Positions 18,613 through 29,114 of a stretch of DNA of 64,000 bases are shown one piece after another. The translations under genes were made by a program, and so were the position numbers. Origin of the DNA: a virus. Location of the stretch: positions 9,432-73,431 of IMG/VR virus record IMGVR_UViG_3300029787_000021, one strand, 5' to 3'. Within the stretch, counting starts at the first letter, position 1, and each line of letters opens with the position of its first letter. The notes under the pieces were generated by a model that worked only from the letters and a program-made list of their open reading frames with translations, did not search any database and was not told the DNA's origin.

Positions 18613-21600
18613 TTAAATCATACACATCATTGATGAACCAAAACTTGATCCATTCCAATACATTACTTTTGGTCCATTACTAAACCACCTAGCAGAAGGA
18701 TAAGAAGTACTATTAGATAGTCTCCATATATAATTCGCTGATATAAAACTACTTGTATCAGTATACCACGTACTTGGTGATGAAGACTGTGCAGCACAAG
18801 CCGATGTTTCGTCAGCTCCCCACCCTAACGTCTGTGCATATCTAGTACCTATCGGTGAATTAGATGGTGTTATCGAAGGAGTTTTCGATGGAGTTACCGA
18901 AGGTGTAGTACTAGGAGTTGCAGATGGAGTAACAGAAGCACTAGGAGTTTTACTTGGAGTAACTGATGGTGTAACCGAAGGTGTTACGCTAGGGGTAACA
19001 GAAGCACTTGGTGTTTTAGACGGTGTTACGCTAGGAGTAACTGATGCGCTAGGTGTTTTAGACGGCGTTACTGAAGGAGTTACAGACGGTGTAACTGAAG
19101 GAGTAACAGATGCACTAGGAGTTACCGAAGGAGTTACCGAAGGAGTAACAGATGCACTAGGAGTCTTAGATGGTGTTACTGATGCACTAGGAGTTTTACT
19201 TGGTGTTACCGAAGGTGTTACTGAAGCACTTGGTGTCTTAGATGGTGTTACCGAAGGTGTTACAGACGGCGTAACAGAAGCACTAGGTGTCTTAGATGGT
19301 GTAACAGACGGTGTAACAGAAGCACTTGGTGTTACTGATGGGGTTATCGAAGGAGTAACTGATACCGATGCTGTCTTAGATGGTGTTACTGATACTGATG
19401 CTGTTTTAGATGGTGTTACTGATGGTGTTGCTGAAGGCGTCTTAGATGGTGTTATACTAGGAGTAATTGACGGTGTTACTGATACTGATGGAGTAACAGA
19501 AGGCGTCGAAGATATTACCGGTGTAACAGAAACAGATGGTGTAGCGCTAGGAGTAACAGAAGGTGTTACTGATGGCGGTACAAATAATCTAACTTCAAAG
19601 TTACAATCAAATGACATATCAAATACTGATATATCAAATATTAAATTTTTACCAGACTGCTTTTTAAATGTATTATCTCTACTTATATCTTGTTGAGCAG
19701 CTATAATTAATGAACCACTTAATTCACCATCGAAAGTAGGACTTTCATCATCTATAATTTTTAATGCTGAACCTGATTTTGTAGGTACAAACTTATTATA
19801 TGCAGTTGTGCTATTAAAAGAATATTTATCTCCTATATCATAAAGACCTGCTGATCCTGCTGATGCAGATACTATTTCGATAGAGCCTGTGTAGTCTCTT
19901 TGTTCAAATGAACCAGATACTAATTTAGCTTTACTCCTATTTAATACGTTTGGTTTGATTATTACTCCTACAGAAGCATTAGCTCTTGCAGGTATATAAT
20001 CTTTAATAGATTTAAATAAAGTATTATCAAAAAATCTTATTAATGATACAAAGTCTTTTAAATCATATTTACTGTTATCTTTAGTATAGTCTTCTAATAG
20101 GGGTTTCAAACCTGAATATGAACTATTATGACTATCGTCTGGTGCTCCTATATAATCGTCTATATTTATACCTCCAGCAGCTGATGCTGAAAAGTGTATT
20201 TGAGTATTTATATTATCTGTTGGAGAAAAACCTACTTCTAAAGTATGTCTACCTGGTGATCTTTTATATATTTTTCTTCTTATGGTTCTATTAGCTAATA
20301 ATGCATCTCCTTCTGCTAATGAACCGGTTACGTCTACCGTAACTCTATCTAAAGAGGTTAAGCTTTTATCTTCTATGTCTATACTACCGCCCATATTAGG
20401 ATGATTACCGCAGTAGTAATATAGGGTATCCGGAGCTGTTTGAGAGACTAAAAAAGTATATTTTAAATCTGTACCTAAGGTTCCTCCATTGTCTGACCAT
20501 CCATTAGTATATTGATCTCCTGAGTTGTGCTCACCATCAGAGGTTGTTGATAAACGGATAGGATGAGTACCATTAGTACTATCAGATTGATTAAATGTAT
20601 AAGTATGTCCTCTTAATAAAGTTAGAGTTTCTTGCAATACTCCGTCTATATAATATCTATTACCTGCTCCTGGGTTATCAACTGTTATAGTGTATTCTCT
20701 ATCTAATGATCCTGTTATATGTTCAGATGGAGATAAATAAACGTTTTGTTCTCTATCTATATCACCATCAATATTAATAGTTAATATATCAGAAGGTACT
20801 CCATAACAGTTTATTAATGCTCTTAAACCTCTTTCAGTTCCTTTAGCTTTAGTTATATAAGGAAGGTTATGATAAATTCTTTTATATACTTCTTGTATAT
20901 ATGATTTTTTAGGCATAGGCTGTAAAAAGGCCTGAGGTCCGGATGATGCTGTAACGTGTGTAGTACTGCCTGATGTGTATTCCTGTCCTGTAAAATATGA
21001 GAATAGGTTTTCTAAAGTTTCATTACTAGAATATAATTTAACACCGAATCCTTTTAGTGCTTCTCCAACTAAATCTCTAGATATTCCATGATTTAATCTA
21101 TTATCATTATCATATTTATCAGACAGTGCTCTTTGGTAAATCCATATATTATCAAAGTGTTGACCTAACATATATGTAAATGTCAGTGCTTCATTATTAC
21201 TAGTATCTTCTCTTATAAATGCGGGTATAGCGTTAGTAAGTGCATTAAAATTACTTACATCATAATTAGAAGCAGAAGAAACATTATCATTAAACCACGT
21301 TGTTGTAGCAGCATTACTGCTTGACATTAAAATATAAGGTCGAGAAGTATTAGATTTAGGCCAGGAATAGCTTCCGCTTTCATAATATAGAAATCTATCG
21401 TAGTGATCAAAGTTATCTACTACTCCCGAGATAAGTCCTTCATAGTATTCTATACTACCGGTTACGTCTGCGTTATTACTTCCCTGTGCTTTTAGCGTTG
21501 CTACACTACTGCTATATCCTTCTACTAATTGTAGTTTATATTTAAAGTTTCTTAATCTTTCCTCAGCTGATCCAAAGTGTACAAAGTTTTCATAATCCTC

Positions 21601-22470
21601 ATGATCTATACTTATAGATGAACCACTTTCATTAGCCATCGACATTAGTTCATAATAAGAACTACTTACAGGGTAACTAAATAGTTCGTTAAAATTATAA
21701 TACGGACTAGGAGTTCCTTGCTCATCATCTGTATCTACTTGATAATTAGGTCCTGCTAAGCTTTCAAATACTTCAGGATCTACTATTGTTTCCGCAGTTA
21801 CTTCGTACGCTTGACTATCACTTATTATATCAATAATAGTTAATAGATCTTTTCTTTTTATAGATTTAGGTAAAGGTTCGTATAATTTTACTAATACGGC
21901 TGTTTGACCTTTATATTGCTGGGAGCTAATATTAACTCCTATGGCTAGTTTATTTTCTAAAAAGTTTAACCTAAAATCACTAAAATAAGATTCACTATTT
22001 ATAGAGGCTTCTATATTACTAGTTACTCTAGATATAAAACCATCTGATAGTTCTGGTGTTAAAAGTCTTAACTCCGTTCTGTCTTTTGAGATAGTCTCTA
22101 TATAAAATCTTGGTTGATTAGTTCTTCTGCTATATAGGTTATTTACAAAGTTATAAACCAGTCTGATATCTCCTGAGTTATAGCCTAATTCAATAGCATC
22201 TTGTACCGGATCTATTTCTATTCTTGACTCGCCAGACTTACCTGCTCCTGCTGCTGTAGCTAAAAACGAGTATCCTTTGTAATTATAAGATGATTTTAAG
22301 AGAACACCTGTAAGGTCATAAGCATGGACTTCCATGTTATTAACCCCTGTTTTAAATGTATTAGCTAGAGTAAAATCACCGACCAGTCTTATATCACTTT
22401 CATTATATAAGTCTATACCTGTTACTTGTTCAGGAAATAGTGAAACTACATTATACTCTATTTTAGCCAT
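18613..22470 (-). CDS. Large baseplate wedge-like protein with cupredoxin-like insert and Pro/Ser/Thr stalk
   Basis: KAKGTERGLRALINCYG wedge-type motif; TLYYYCGNHPNMGG; long VTPS tract; terminal Cys domain. Confidence 0.7.
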   Translation of the reverse strand: MAKIEYNVVSLFPEQVTGIDLYNESDIRLVGDFTLANTFKTGVNNMEVHAYDLTGVLLKSSYNYKGYSFLATAAGAGKSGESRIEIDPVQDAIELGYNSGDIRLVYNFVNNLYSRRTNQPRFYIETISKDRTELRLLTPELSDGFISRVTSNIEASINSESYFSDFRLNFLENKLAIGVNISSQQYKGQTAVLVKLYEPLPKSIKRKDLLTIIDIISDSQAYEVTAETIVDPEVFESLAGPNYQVDTDDEQGTPSPYYNFNELFSYPVSSSYYELMSMANESGSSISIDHEDYENFVHFGSAEERLRNFKYKLQLVEGYSSSVATLKAQGSNNADVTGSIEYYEGLISGVVDNFDHYDRFLYYESGSYSWPKSNTSRPYILMSSSNAATTTWFNDNVSSASNYDVSNFNALTNAIPAFIREDTSNNEALTFTYMLGQHFDNIWIYQRALSDKYDNDNRLNHGISRDLVGEALKGFGVKLYSSNETLENLFSYFTGQEYTSGSTTHVTASSGPQAFLQPMPKKSYIQEVYKRIYHNLPYITKAKGTERGLRALINCYGVPSDILTINIDGDIDREQNVYLSPSEHITGSLDREYTITVDNPGAGNRYYIDGVLQETLTLLRGHTYTFNQSDSTNGTHPIRLSTTSDGEHNSGDQYTNGWSDNGGTLGTDLKYTFLVSQTAPDTLYYYCGNHPNMGGSIDIEDKSLTSLDRVTVDVTGSLAEGDALLANRTIRRKIYKRSPGRHTLEVGFSPTDNINTQIHFSASAAGGINIDDYIGAPDDSHNSSYSGLKPLLEDYTKDNSKYDLKDFVSLIRFFDNTLFKSIKDYIPARANASVGVIIKPNVLNRSKAKLVSGSFEQRDYTGSIEIVSASAGSAGLYDIGDKYSFNSTTAYNKFVPTKSGSALKIIDDESPTFDGELSGSLIIAAQQDISRDNTFKKQSGKNLIFDISVFDMSFDCNFEVRLFVPPSVTPSVTPSATPSVSVTPVISSTPSVTPSVSVTPSITPSITPSKTPSATPSVTPSKTASVSVTPSKTASVSVTPSITPSVTPSASVTPSVTPSKTPSASVTPSVTPSVTPSKTPSASVTPSVTPSKTPSASVTPSKTPSASVTPSVTPSVTPSASVTPSVTPSVTPSVTPSKTPSASVTPSVTPSKTPSASVTPSVTPSVTPSVTPSKTPSASVTPSATPSTTPSVTPSKTPSITPSNSPIGTRYAQTLGWGADETSACAAQSSSPSTWYTDTSSFISANYIWRLSNSTSYPSARWFSNGPKVMYWNGSSFGSSMMCMI
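18860..19580 (-). repeat. Coding tandem repeat (SVTP/SKTP/SASVTP)n
   Basis: About 240 codons of codon-diversified repeats. Confidence 0.9.
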
Positions 22471-22480
22471 TTACCTTTTA

Positions 22481-22852
22481 TTAGCCGGTTGTATTATTAT
22501 TTGTTGGTTGGAAACTGTTTGCCTTTTCAAGCTCAAGTCTCAATATATCTTCATTAGAATCTACTAATTGAGCTCTAAGGTTAGCAATTTCATCTAAAAG
22601 CGGCTGTAATTGGTCATCTGTTTCATCAAGATCCACAAGTTCTGAGCTTCTTCTAATTAAGTATTCATGAGAAGAATTAGAGTTTCTTAATGGTATCTCT
22701 AAATAAAGTTTATTATACAACCTAAAAAATTCTGCTACAGTATCAGTATCAACTAATTCTATAGGAGGAACAAACGTTTTAAAGTTTCTATCTACTACTC
22801 TTTCGAATTCAGTTCTGTTAAATACAGTTTTTTGTATATTAATTTCAGCCAT
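22481..22852 (-). CDS. Hypothetical structural protein with coiled coil
   Basis: ORF track; baseplate context. Confidence 0.55.
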   Translation of the reverse strand: MAEINIQKTVFNRTEFERVVDRNFKTFVPPIELVDTDTVAEFFRLYNKLYLEIPLRNSNSSHEYLIRRSSELVDLDETDDQLQPLLDEIANLRAQLVDSNEDILRLELEKANSFQPTNNNTTG

Positions 22853-23960
22853 TTTGAGTTACTTTAAAAATATTATCATTATCTATAACTACTTCACTTC
22901 CGTCTAAAGATGAACTAACTAATATTTTGTAATATCTTTGAGGTTGTAAAGTATCCATATATAAATCAAAATAACTTCCATTACTATCACAACTAATCTT
23001 AGTATGTGTACTATTAAAGTCCACTACCATTTCATCTGTAAAATCATCTTTAATTCCATAATAAGAGTTTTCTGGTAGTGCTAGATTAGTGTTATAAATA
23101 GAAGCTGTAGTAAATGTTCTAGTAGGGTACTTTTGTTTAGCTGTTAGTCTAAATCTTTGTTTGCTAACATTTTTATATGTACCTCTATTATTTTTTATTC
23201 CTATAGTAGCTACATCAGTACCTAATACAGATAATGACCCAGTACTATATGATGAATCATCCCAAGCTATTTCTAGATAAGGAGAATATATAGTATTCGT
23301 GTCTCTGCTATAATATCTTAGTTTAATAGATGAAGTAGTTTCAAACTCGTATTCATCTGCTAATTTTACTATAAAACCATAATTATCTATAGATTCAGAG
23401 TGTATTAATTTTACTGCGTTAGTTACGTCTATTGACATATCTAAATCACTATATAAAGGATATGATTGAGTTGTCTGCAGATCTAGCCCTAAAGATCCTG
23501 TATACCAATGTCCTCCTCCTGCGGCTGCTCCTGTATTACTACCTGAGAAAGAACCGGTTGTAAAACTAGGATAAGAGCTTACAGTCCATGCATTAGTTGC
23601 CCCGTCTGATCTATGTTTCCAAGTACATCCGCTGTTATTTACAGGATCATCATAATACTTACCTAAACCATTATCCCATGATACAGCTAGTGGAAATGAT
23701 TCTATACTTATATTATCTTTTAATTCTGTTGCATCTGCAAGAAAGTAGTTTAGACTTGCTGAAAATCCACCTGTTACTTTACCGTTAAGGGTACTTTGTA
23801 TTTCAGATAGACTATATTGAGTCAATATTCTAGAAGCTTTACCTTCCTGATTAACAGGGAATCCGCCAATTTCAGCGATTTCATCTCTACCAGCATTTGA
23901 ACCTGATCGTTCAGAGCTTATAAAGGTGTCTTTTTCTGGGTATAGTCTAAATATTGCCAT
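22845..23960 (-). CDS. DNRLRE-like beta-domain baseplate-region protein
   Basis: KDTFIS...NAG...DVTNAV...NYGFIVK...YYSRD...PYLEI pattern. Confidence 0.6.
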   Translation of the reverse strand: MAIFRLYPEKDTFISSERSGSNAGRDEIAEIGGFPVNQEGKASRILTQYSLSEIQSTLNGKVTGGFSASLNYFLADATELKDNISIESFPLAVSWDNGLGKYYDDPVNNSGCTWKHRSDGATNAWTVSSYPSFTTGSFSGSNTGAAAGGGHWYTGSLGLDLQTTQSYPLYSDLDMSIDVTNAVKLIHSESIDNYGFIVKLADEYEFETTSSIKLRYYSRDTNTIYSPYLEIAWDDSSYSTGSLSVLGTDVATIGIKNNRGTYKNVSKQRFRLTAKQKYPTRTFTTASIYNTNLALPENSYYGIKDDFTDEMVVDFNSTHTKISCDSNGSYFDLYMDTLQPQRYYKILVSSSLDGSEVVIDNDNIFKVTQNG

Positions 23961-23961
23961 C

Positions 23962-25785
23962 TTATACTGTTGTTATTCTTCCTTTTATGTCCGAATTAGG
24001 ATATTTTATTTCAAATATACAAGGATCATATGAAGGATATATTACGTTGTTTCTTAAAGCTGAGTTTACATCGTATTCGTATTTAGAATATACTCCGCCA
24101 ACTTTATTTACTATCTCTATTTTCTGTACTGTTTGTACTCCTTTTACCTTATCAAGCAATGTATTCATTTTAGAAAGGTTTATAGGTTGATTTATATTTC
24201 TATTTTCTATTGCCATATATGATTTTATAGCATTAGTACAGTTAAGTAGTACTTGTCTACCTGTATGATTAGGTAAAGCTAATACTTCAAAGTTTATACC
24301 TATATTAACTATAAATGCATCTTTAATATTTACTGAGTCAGTAATTAGCATATATTGTGATAAGTATTTCTTAAGATTTTCTTTTAGGTTTTGAGTAGAT
24401 GTTATCAACTTACCATTATTATCGTAAGCTAAAACATACATTGATAATGCAAATGGATTATTATTTACTAAGCTTGTTGTAGCTTCATCTTGAGTAGCTT
24501 CATCTTGGGTAATAAACGTTTTAGCTACACTACCAAATCTAGCAGGTAAAGAGTTAGCTCTAACGCTATAATCTTGTAATGTTACCGCTCTTCCCTGTTC
24601 ACCGAAAGCTCTCATAGCATTTTCTCTTATTTCTTGAGTACTATCTCCGTCTTTACCTCCAGTAGCGGCTAAAGGATTAGTAAACGATAATGTATTAACA
24701 TAAGTATCGTCCGTAGCACTTGTAGTGACTGCTTTGGTTGTTGTAATTGTATTAGCAGGTACGTTAGATACTATGCCTCCTCCTTTTAAATATTTTATAG
24801 TTAACGTAGTATTTGATGGAGCTAAGCCATAAGTACCGGTAAATAAGAAGTTTGAAGGATCATAAGAGTGATCCATTCTACTTATACCTTCTGCATTACC
24901 AACACCTACGTTATTGGGATTAGGTGTAATAGAAACATCTTCAGAAGGACTTACTCCTGCACCAAATTGTAGTTGTAAATTACCTTGAGAATTAAATCTA
25001 GTAACAAATCTTCTAGGCACTTTTCTTAATACTAATTTATGAGATACTCTATTACTGTCTGAGTCTGTGTTAGCTTCGTCGTCAAATATAGTTTCTTGTC
25101 CTAAGTAAGGTACTTCGTAATAAACGTTACTATTAGTATCAGTAACTGACAGTATTCCGACTATATTACTATCGTCTACCGTAATAGTTTTAAATTTTTC
25201 TGCATTTCCAATAGCAACTGTTGTTGTTAATACTTCTCCTGAAAATGCTTTTGCTTTCTTTTTTAATGTATATTGAGCTGGATTACCTGACTCTACAGAA
25301 TGTACTGTAATATCAGTTGGATCTAATGAACTAGAAAAAGAAAAGTCTACTGATTTATCTATTATAAAGTCCGGTTGCCCTGATACATTAGCGGTTAATT
25401 GTGCGTCTTCACTTATTAATATTGCTTGATTAAAGTTAGGTTGGTAATTATCGCCGGATGCTAATGCTGCTACTTGTTGAGATACTTCTATTTCAACTTC
25501 TGATACTGTGGTAACTTTTGGTCTATACCCTAACATGTATGCTAACGAATATAAATTCTCAGGGTTTTTAGCATGTTGTATAAATGTTTCTTGTAGTTGT
25601 ATATCTTGATAAAAAGATAATACATCACCAACATAAGATGCCATCTCTATAAACATCATACCTGGAGAGGTAGGAGAGAAATCGTTATACGAATCAGGAT
25701 AGTAGTTTTTTGCAAACTCTACTAACTGGTTTTTAAAGTCAGCAAAATTCCTGTTTACGTATTTTATATCTTTAGTTTTTGCCAT
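23962..25785 (-). CDS. Baseplate wedge subunit (T4 gp6 / baseplate J-like)
   Basis: GDVLSFYQD, LAYMLGY, QFGAG, GGKDGDS, QGRAVTLQDY. Confidence 0.9.
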   Translation of the reverse strand: MAKTKDIKYVNRNFADFKNQLVEFAKNYYPDSYNDFSPTSPGMMFIEMASYVGDVLSFYQDIQLQETFIQHAKNPENLYSLAYMLGYRPKVTTVSEVEIEVSQQVAALASGDNYQPNFNQAILISEDAQLTANVSGQPDFIIDKSVDFSFSSSLDPTDITVHSVESGNPAQYTLKKKAKAFSGEVLTTTVAIGNAEKFKTITVDDSNIVGILSVTDTNSNVYYEVPYLGQETIFDDEANTDSDSNRVSHKLVLRKVPRRFVTRFNSQGNLQLQFGAGVSPSEDVSITPNPNNVGVGNAEGISRMDHSYDPSNFLFTGTYGLAPSNTTLTIKYLKGGGIVSNVPANTITTTKAVTTSATDDTYVNTLSFTNPLAATGGKDGDSTQEIRENAMRAFGEQGRAVTLQDYSVRANSLPARFGSVAKTFITQDEATQDEATTSLVNNNPFALSMYVLAYDNNGKLITSTQNLKENLKKYLSQYMLITDSVNIKDAFIVNIGINFEVLALPNHTGRQVLLNCTNAIKSYMAIENRNINQPINLSKMNTLLDKVKGVQTVQKIEIVNKVGGVYSKYEYDVNSALRNNVIYPSYDPCIFEIKYPNSDIKGRITTV

Positions 25786-26195
25786 TATTGTTCAAAATTA
25801 ATATTTAGAAAATCTTCTATACCAGTTTCAGCTATTTGGTAGCTCATACTAAAATTTACTGAGTTATTATCAGGATCTGCTGTTGTAGAAATTTTACTTG
25901 GTATAACCGCTGGGAAGTAGTTTCTTAACGAAGATCTTACTTCTTGGTCTATTTGTTCTATTTTTTCTTCAGTTATATTATCAAATAGAAGATTTCTTAA
26001 TCCTGTGCCTAAACCAGGGCTAAAGAATCTTTCTCCTCTACCAGTTAAGAAAAAATTAATTATATTATTTTTTATAGCATCTTTTGTAGTATATGTAGAG
26101 TTAAACACAGCTTGACCGCTAAACGGTAGAGAGATCCCTACAGCTTTTCTAGGCTGTCTATCTAGTGGATTAATTCTTTTTACTTCAAATGCCAT
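25785..26195 (-). CDS. Baseplate wedge subunit (T4 gp25-like)
   Basis: IKNNIINFFLTGRGERFFSPGLGTGLRNLLFD. Confidence 0.9.
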   Translation of the reverse strand: MAFEVKRINPLDRQPRKAVGISLPFSGQAVFNSTYTTKDAIKNNIINFFLTGRGERFFSPGLGTGLRNLLFDNITEEKIEQIDQEVRSSLRNYFPAVIPSKISTTADPDNNSVNFSMSYQIAETGIEDFLNINFEQ

Positions 26196-26196
26196 A

Positions 26197-26616
26197 TTAT
26201 GTTAATTGTCTACTACTTTTTTTATTAGCTAAATCTAATATATCTTTAGCTTTACCTACAAATTCTAATTTACTTATATCTATACCCGGCTCTGGTCCGC
26301 TGTTCATACCCATTCCAGATGCCATTCTATTTGCTGTGGAAGGCTGTCCTCCCATTATATTATTAGCATCTTCTTTTGTCATAGTATTCATAGTCTGGTT
26401 TAGCATCTCTGTTATAGGAGTCAAATTCTTTTTATTAGTCTCATTTAACTTAGGATCTACCGACCATTTTCTAGTTTTAGTGTCTGCTTTCTTGTAACCA
26501 CTCGTTTCAGGTTTACTGGCAAACTTAACTGCCTCATTTAAAATGTCTTTCAACTCGTCCTGGACGGCTGCTCTGACTTCTTCTCTTATTATTTTTCGTA
26601 AACTATCTAGTTTCAT
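26197..26616 (-). CDS. Hypothetical virion-module protein
   Basis: MKLDSLRKIIREEV leader, ILNE/KLNE motifs, late motif at 26620. Confidence 0.55.
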   Translation of the reverse strand: MKLDSLRKIIREEVRAAVQDELKDILNEAVKFASKPETSGYKKADTKTRKWSVDPKLNETNKKNLTPITEMLNQTMNTMTKEDANNIMGGQPSTANRMASGMGMNSGPEPGIDISKLEFVGKAKDILDLANKKSSRQLT

Positions 26617-26634
26617 AATTATAAATATCCTTTA

Positions 26635-27840
26635 TTACAATAATGCTAGCTGAGTATTCAATCTTACTTTCATATCATCTAATATTATTCTTGGTTTTGG
26701 TGTAAAAGTTTCAGGGGATGTTAATACTACTGCACTAGGGTCCCCATTATTCCACAATTGTGCAGTACCAAATCTTCTTTGAGCTATAAGAGGTGATGTT
26801 GGATCATCTTGTACTCTTAATAAATATACGTTACCATCCAGAGCTGTAAATAATTCTGAGTTTGGAGGCAGTCCATCTACTCCTGTTGCATCTCCTGTAT
26901 TAAGAGGTAATCCATCAGGTCCTATTAAACCATCTTCTCCACTACCGCCATCTACGTCTGGGTTAGTACTATTATCAAAATCTCCTTCGATTGCTCTTCT
27001 TCTCAATCTACTTTTTATACCTTCCGGTATAAGATCTGATTGATTCATTTCATCGAATATATCAAGTATGTCCAGCATAGCATCGTCAAATCCATCACCA
27101 GTACCTCCATCTAATTCACTTTGTATAAGTCCTAACGCGTCTGCTAATGTATCTTCTAATTCATTTAATAGGTCATTTAATTCAGGATCTATTTCTTCAT
27201 CAGGGTCTATACCATTTAAAACTTCACAATATGCTCCAGCAAAAGCACATACCTCGTTAATCTTATCTAGTACAGACATAGCTGGTACTAGTGCTGCTTG
27301 AAGGGTAGCTACTAGGGTTTGTATTGCTTGAACTATCTTAGTTATTTTTTCTACTATTTTATTTACTTTAGCTCTAATATTACTAAGCGCAGTTGTTACA
27401 CTTACCGGTATACCTATACCAGGAGGAACCGATTGAGGTAAAGGAATACTTAATACTACATTAACTATTCTTAACAGCCTCGAAATAGGTCCTAAAAGCC
27501 TCTGAGCTGTACCTAGTAATTTAGTTGCGGTATCTCCTATCTTACCTGCAAAATCATTTAGTCTATCTTGTAAGGAGCTTACAGAATCCATTCTTTCACA
27601 TATAGACGGTGATACTTTTTCTGTTATTGCTCCTGTTGCTACCTGGAGTATAACTGCTTTCATTTTATTAAGTATAACCTGTTTAGATTCTTTAAATTTA
27701 GATACTATATTACCTTTAGCTCTACCTATAGCTACACCTATCTTTTCTTTAAGATTAGTTTTTTCCATACCCGAACTGTCCGGCTGGGTACCGATTGGCG
27801 GGGTATTTTCAGTTGACTGTAATCCTGGTTGATCTGCCAT
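26635..27840 (-). CDS. Hypothetical baseplate-region helical protein
   Basis: 401 aa, PPGIGIP segment; context. Confidence 0.5.
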   Translation of the reverse strand: MADQPGLQSTENTPPIGTQPDSSGMEKTNLKEKIGVAIGRAKGNIVSKFKESKQVILNKMKAVILQVATGAITEKVSPSICERMDSVSSLQDRLNDFAGKIGDTATKLLGTAQRLLGPISRLLRIVNVVLSIPLPQSVPPGIGIPVSVTTALSNIRAKVNKIVEKITKIVQAIQTLVATLQAALVPAMSVLDKINEVCAFAGAYCEVLNGIDPDEEIDPELNDLLNELEDTLADALGLIQSELDGGTGDGFDDAMLDILDIFDEMNQSDLIPEGIKSRLRRRAIEGDFDNSTNPDVDGGSGEDGLIGPDGLPLNTGDATGVDGLPPNSELFTALDGNVYLLRVQDDPTSPLIAQRRFGTAQLWNNGDPSAVVLTSPETFTPKPRIILDDMKVRLNTQLALL

Positions 27841-29114
27841 TATACTCTTCTATTACGTAGATTAGGTTCTAAGAAAATATTTTCTGAAAGAGCTGTTTCT
27901 TGATCTTTCTCTAATCTTTCTAATTCAGCTTTTATTGCATTAGCTGCTGATATTTGTTTAGGTATCCAAGTTGAGGGTAAATGTGGTTGAGCCATCGAAT
28001 CAACTAAACTATATAAAGCAGCTATTAAATCTTTTTGTAACGTTACCATGGTTCTACCTAGTATAGCAGGTTCAGCAATCTGTGCTTGTGAAGAACCTTT
28101 TGTTGCGTTACGTAATCTAAGCGCGTTAATACCTATGTATATTTTTTGGGCACTTATAATTACTTTATTATCGTCTCCTCTACCATCTATATTTACGGAA
28201 TTAGCAGATATACCAACTGCTTCATTACCTGATATAAGTATTGAATCTTCTTTAGAGTTTAATACTATTCTATCTGAGTTAATTACTGCTTGAGATCCAG
28301 AGTATATATTTAGTTCTGCTGGTGGTACTATTAGTCTGTTTTCAGGGTCTTCTTGGTCGCTATCGATAAAAGATGCTCCTATAAAGCTTATATTATCTTC
28401 TGAAGATGCTGATAAAGGTAGAGCATGTGCTTCAGTTAAATAAATAGATGTTGGGTCTTCGTTTATATCCTCTAATACCGGGGTATACCCATCTCCTGTT
28501 TCTTTTTGTCCATTCCTTATAATAGTAAGAGCTTTCATGTTATTGCTCTCTTCTATTTCTTCTCCACTGGTTCTTTCTATAATATAAGGATTATTAGGTG
28601 ATTTAGCTCCTGTAAATCTAATAGAGGATCCAAATCTTGATTCAATCATAGTATCTCCTGGGAATGGTAGTAGTGGTGCTAGTACGGCCGAATCTATGAA
28701 AAAATTATTTTCTTCTGCTTTTGGATATTCAGATACATTAGAATCAGGGTGAGGGTTCCAGTGTGGGTGATTCCATATCGATAAAGGTATATCATAGTAG
28801 GTTTTAGATGTATCTGAGCTATCTACCTGTTCTTGAGATATGGGTCCTATACAGATGTATACTATTTCTTGTAATAAAGGAAATGTAATAAAGTTTCTGC
28901 TTTTAGGATACGCTTTACCTAACTTATCTACTCTATTTTGTAATCCTGAATCTCCTAATATTCTGTATCTAATTGCTCCTATATCACTATATCCAGTAAA
29001 AGACGGGTGTCTTTCATCCAGTATTACGTCCATAACTCTTGCTGGTACTATTCCTGGTGGAGAATCTATTTGGACTTTACTTGGTGATGTAGGATAAAAC
29101 GGATTATTACTCAT
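27840..29114 (-). CDS. Baseplate hub / spike protein (gp5/VgrG-like)
   Basis: OB-fold-like N-terminus (FPLLQEIV), GDTMIESRFGSSIRF, beta-helix-like INSDRIVLNSK. Confidence 0.6.
   Translation of the reverse strand: MSNNPFYPTSPSKVQIDSPPGIVPARVMDVILDERHPSFTGYSDIGAIRYRILGDSGLQNRVDKLGKAYPKSRNFITFPLLQEIVYICIGPISQEQVDSSDTSKTYYDIPLSIWNHPHWNPHPDSNVSEYPKAEENNFFIDSAVLAPLLPFPGDTMIESRFGSSIRFTGAKSPNNPYIIERTSGEEIEESNNMKALTIIRNGQKETGDGYTPVLEDINEDPTSIYLTEAHALPLSASSEDNISFIGASFIDSDQEDPENRLIVPPAELNIYSGSQAVINSDRIVLNSKEDSILISGNEAVGISANSVNIDGRGDDNKVIISAQKIYIGINALRLRNATKGSSQAQIAEPAILGRTMVTLQKDLIAALYSLVDSMAQPHLPSTWIPKQISAANAIKAELERLEKDQETALSENIFLEPNLRNRRV

Noticed and set aside
17690-19580. Repeat tracts as a CRISPR array or DGR repeats
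   Set aside because: They are degenerate 12-nt coding repeats in frame, with no unique spacers; no reverse transcriptase or cas operon in the window
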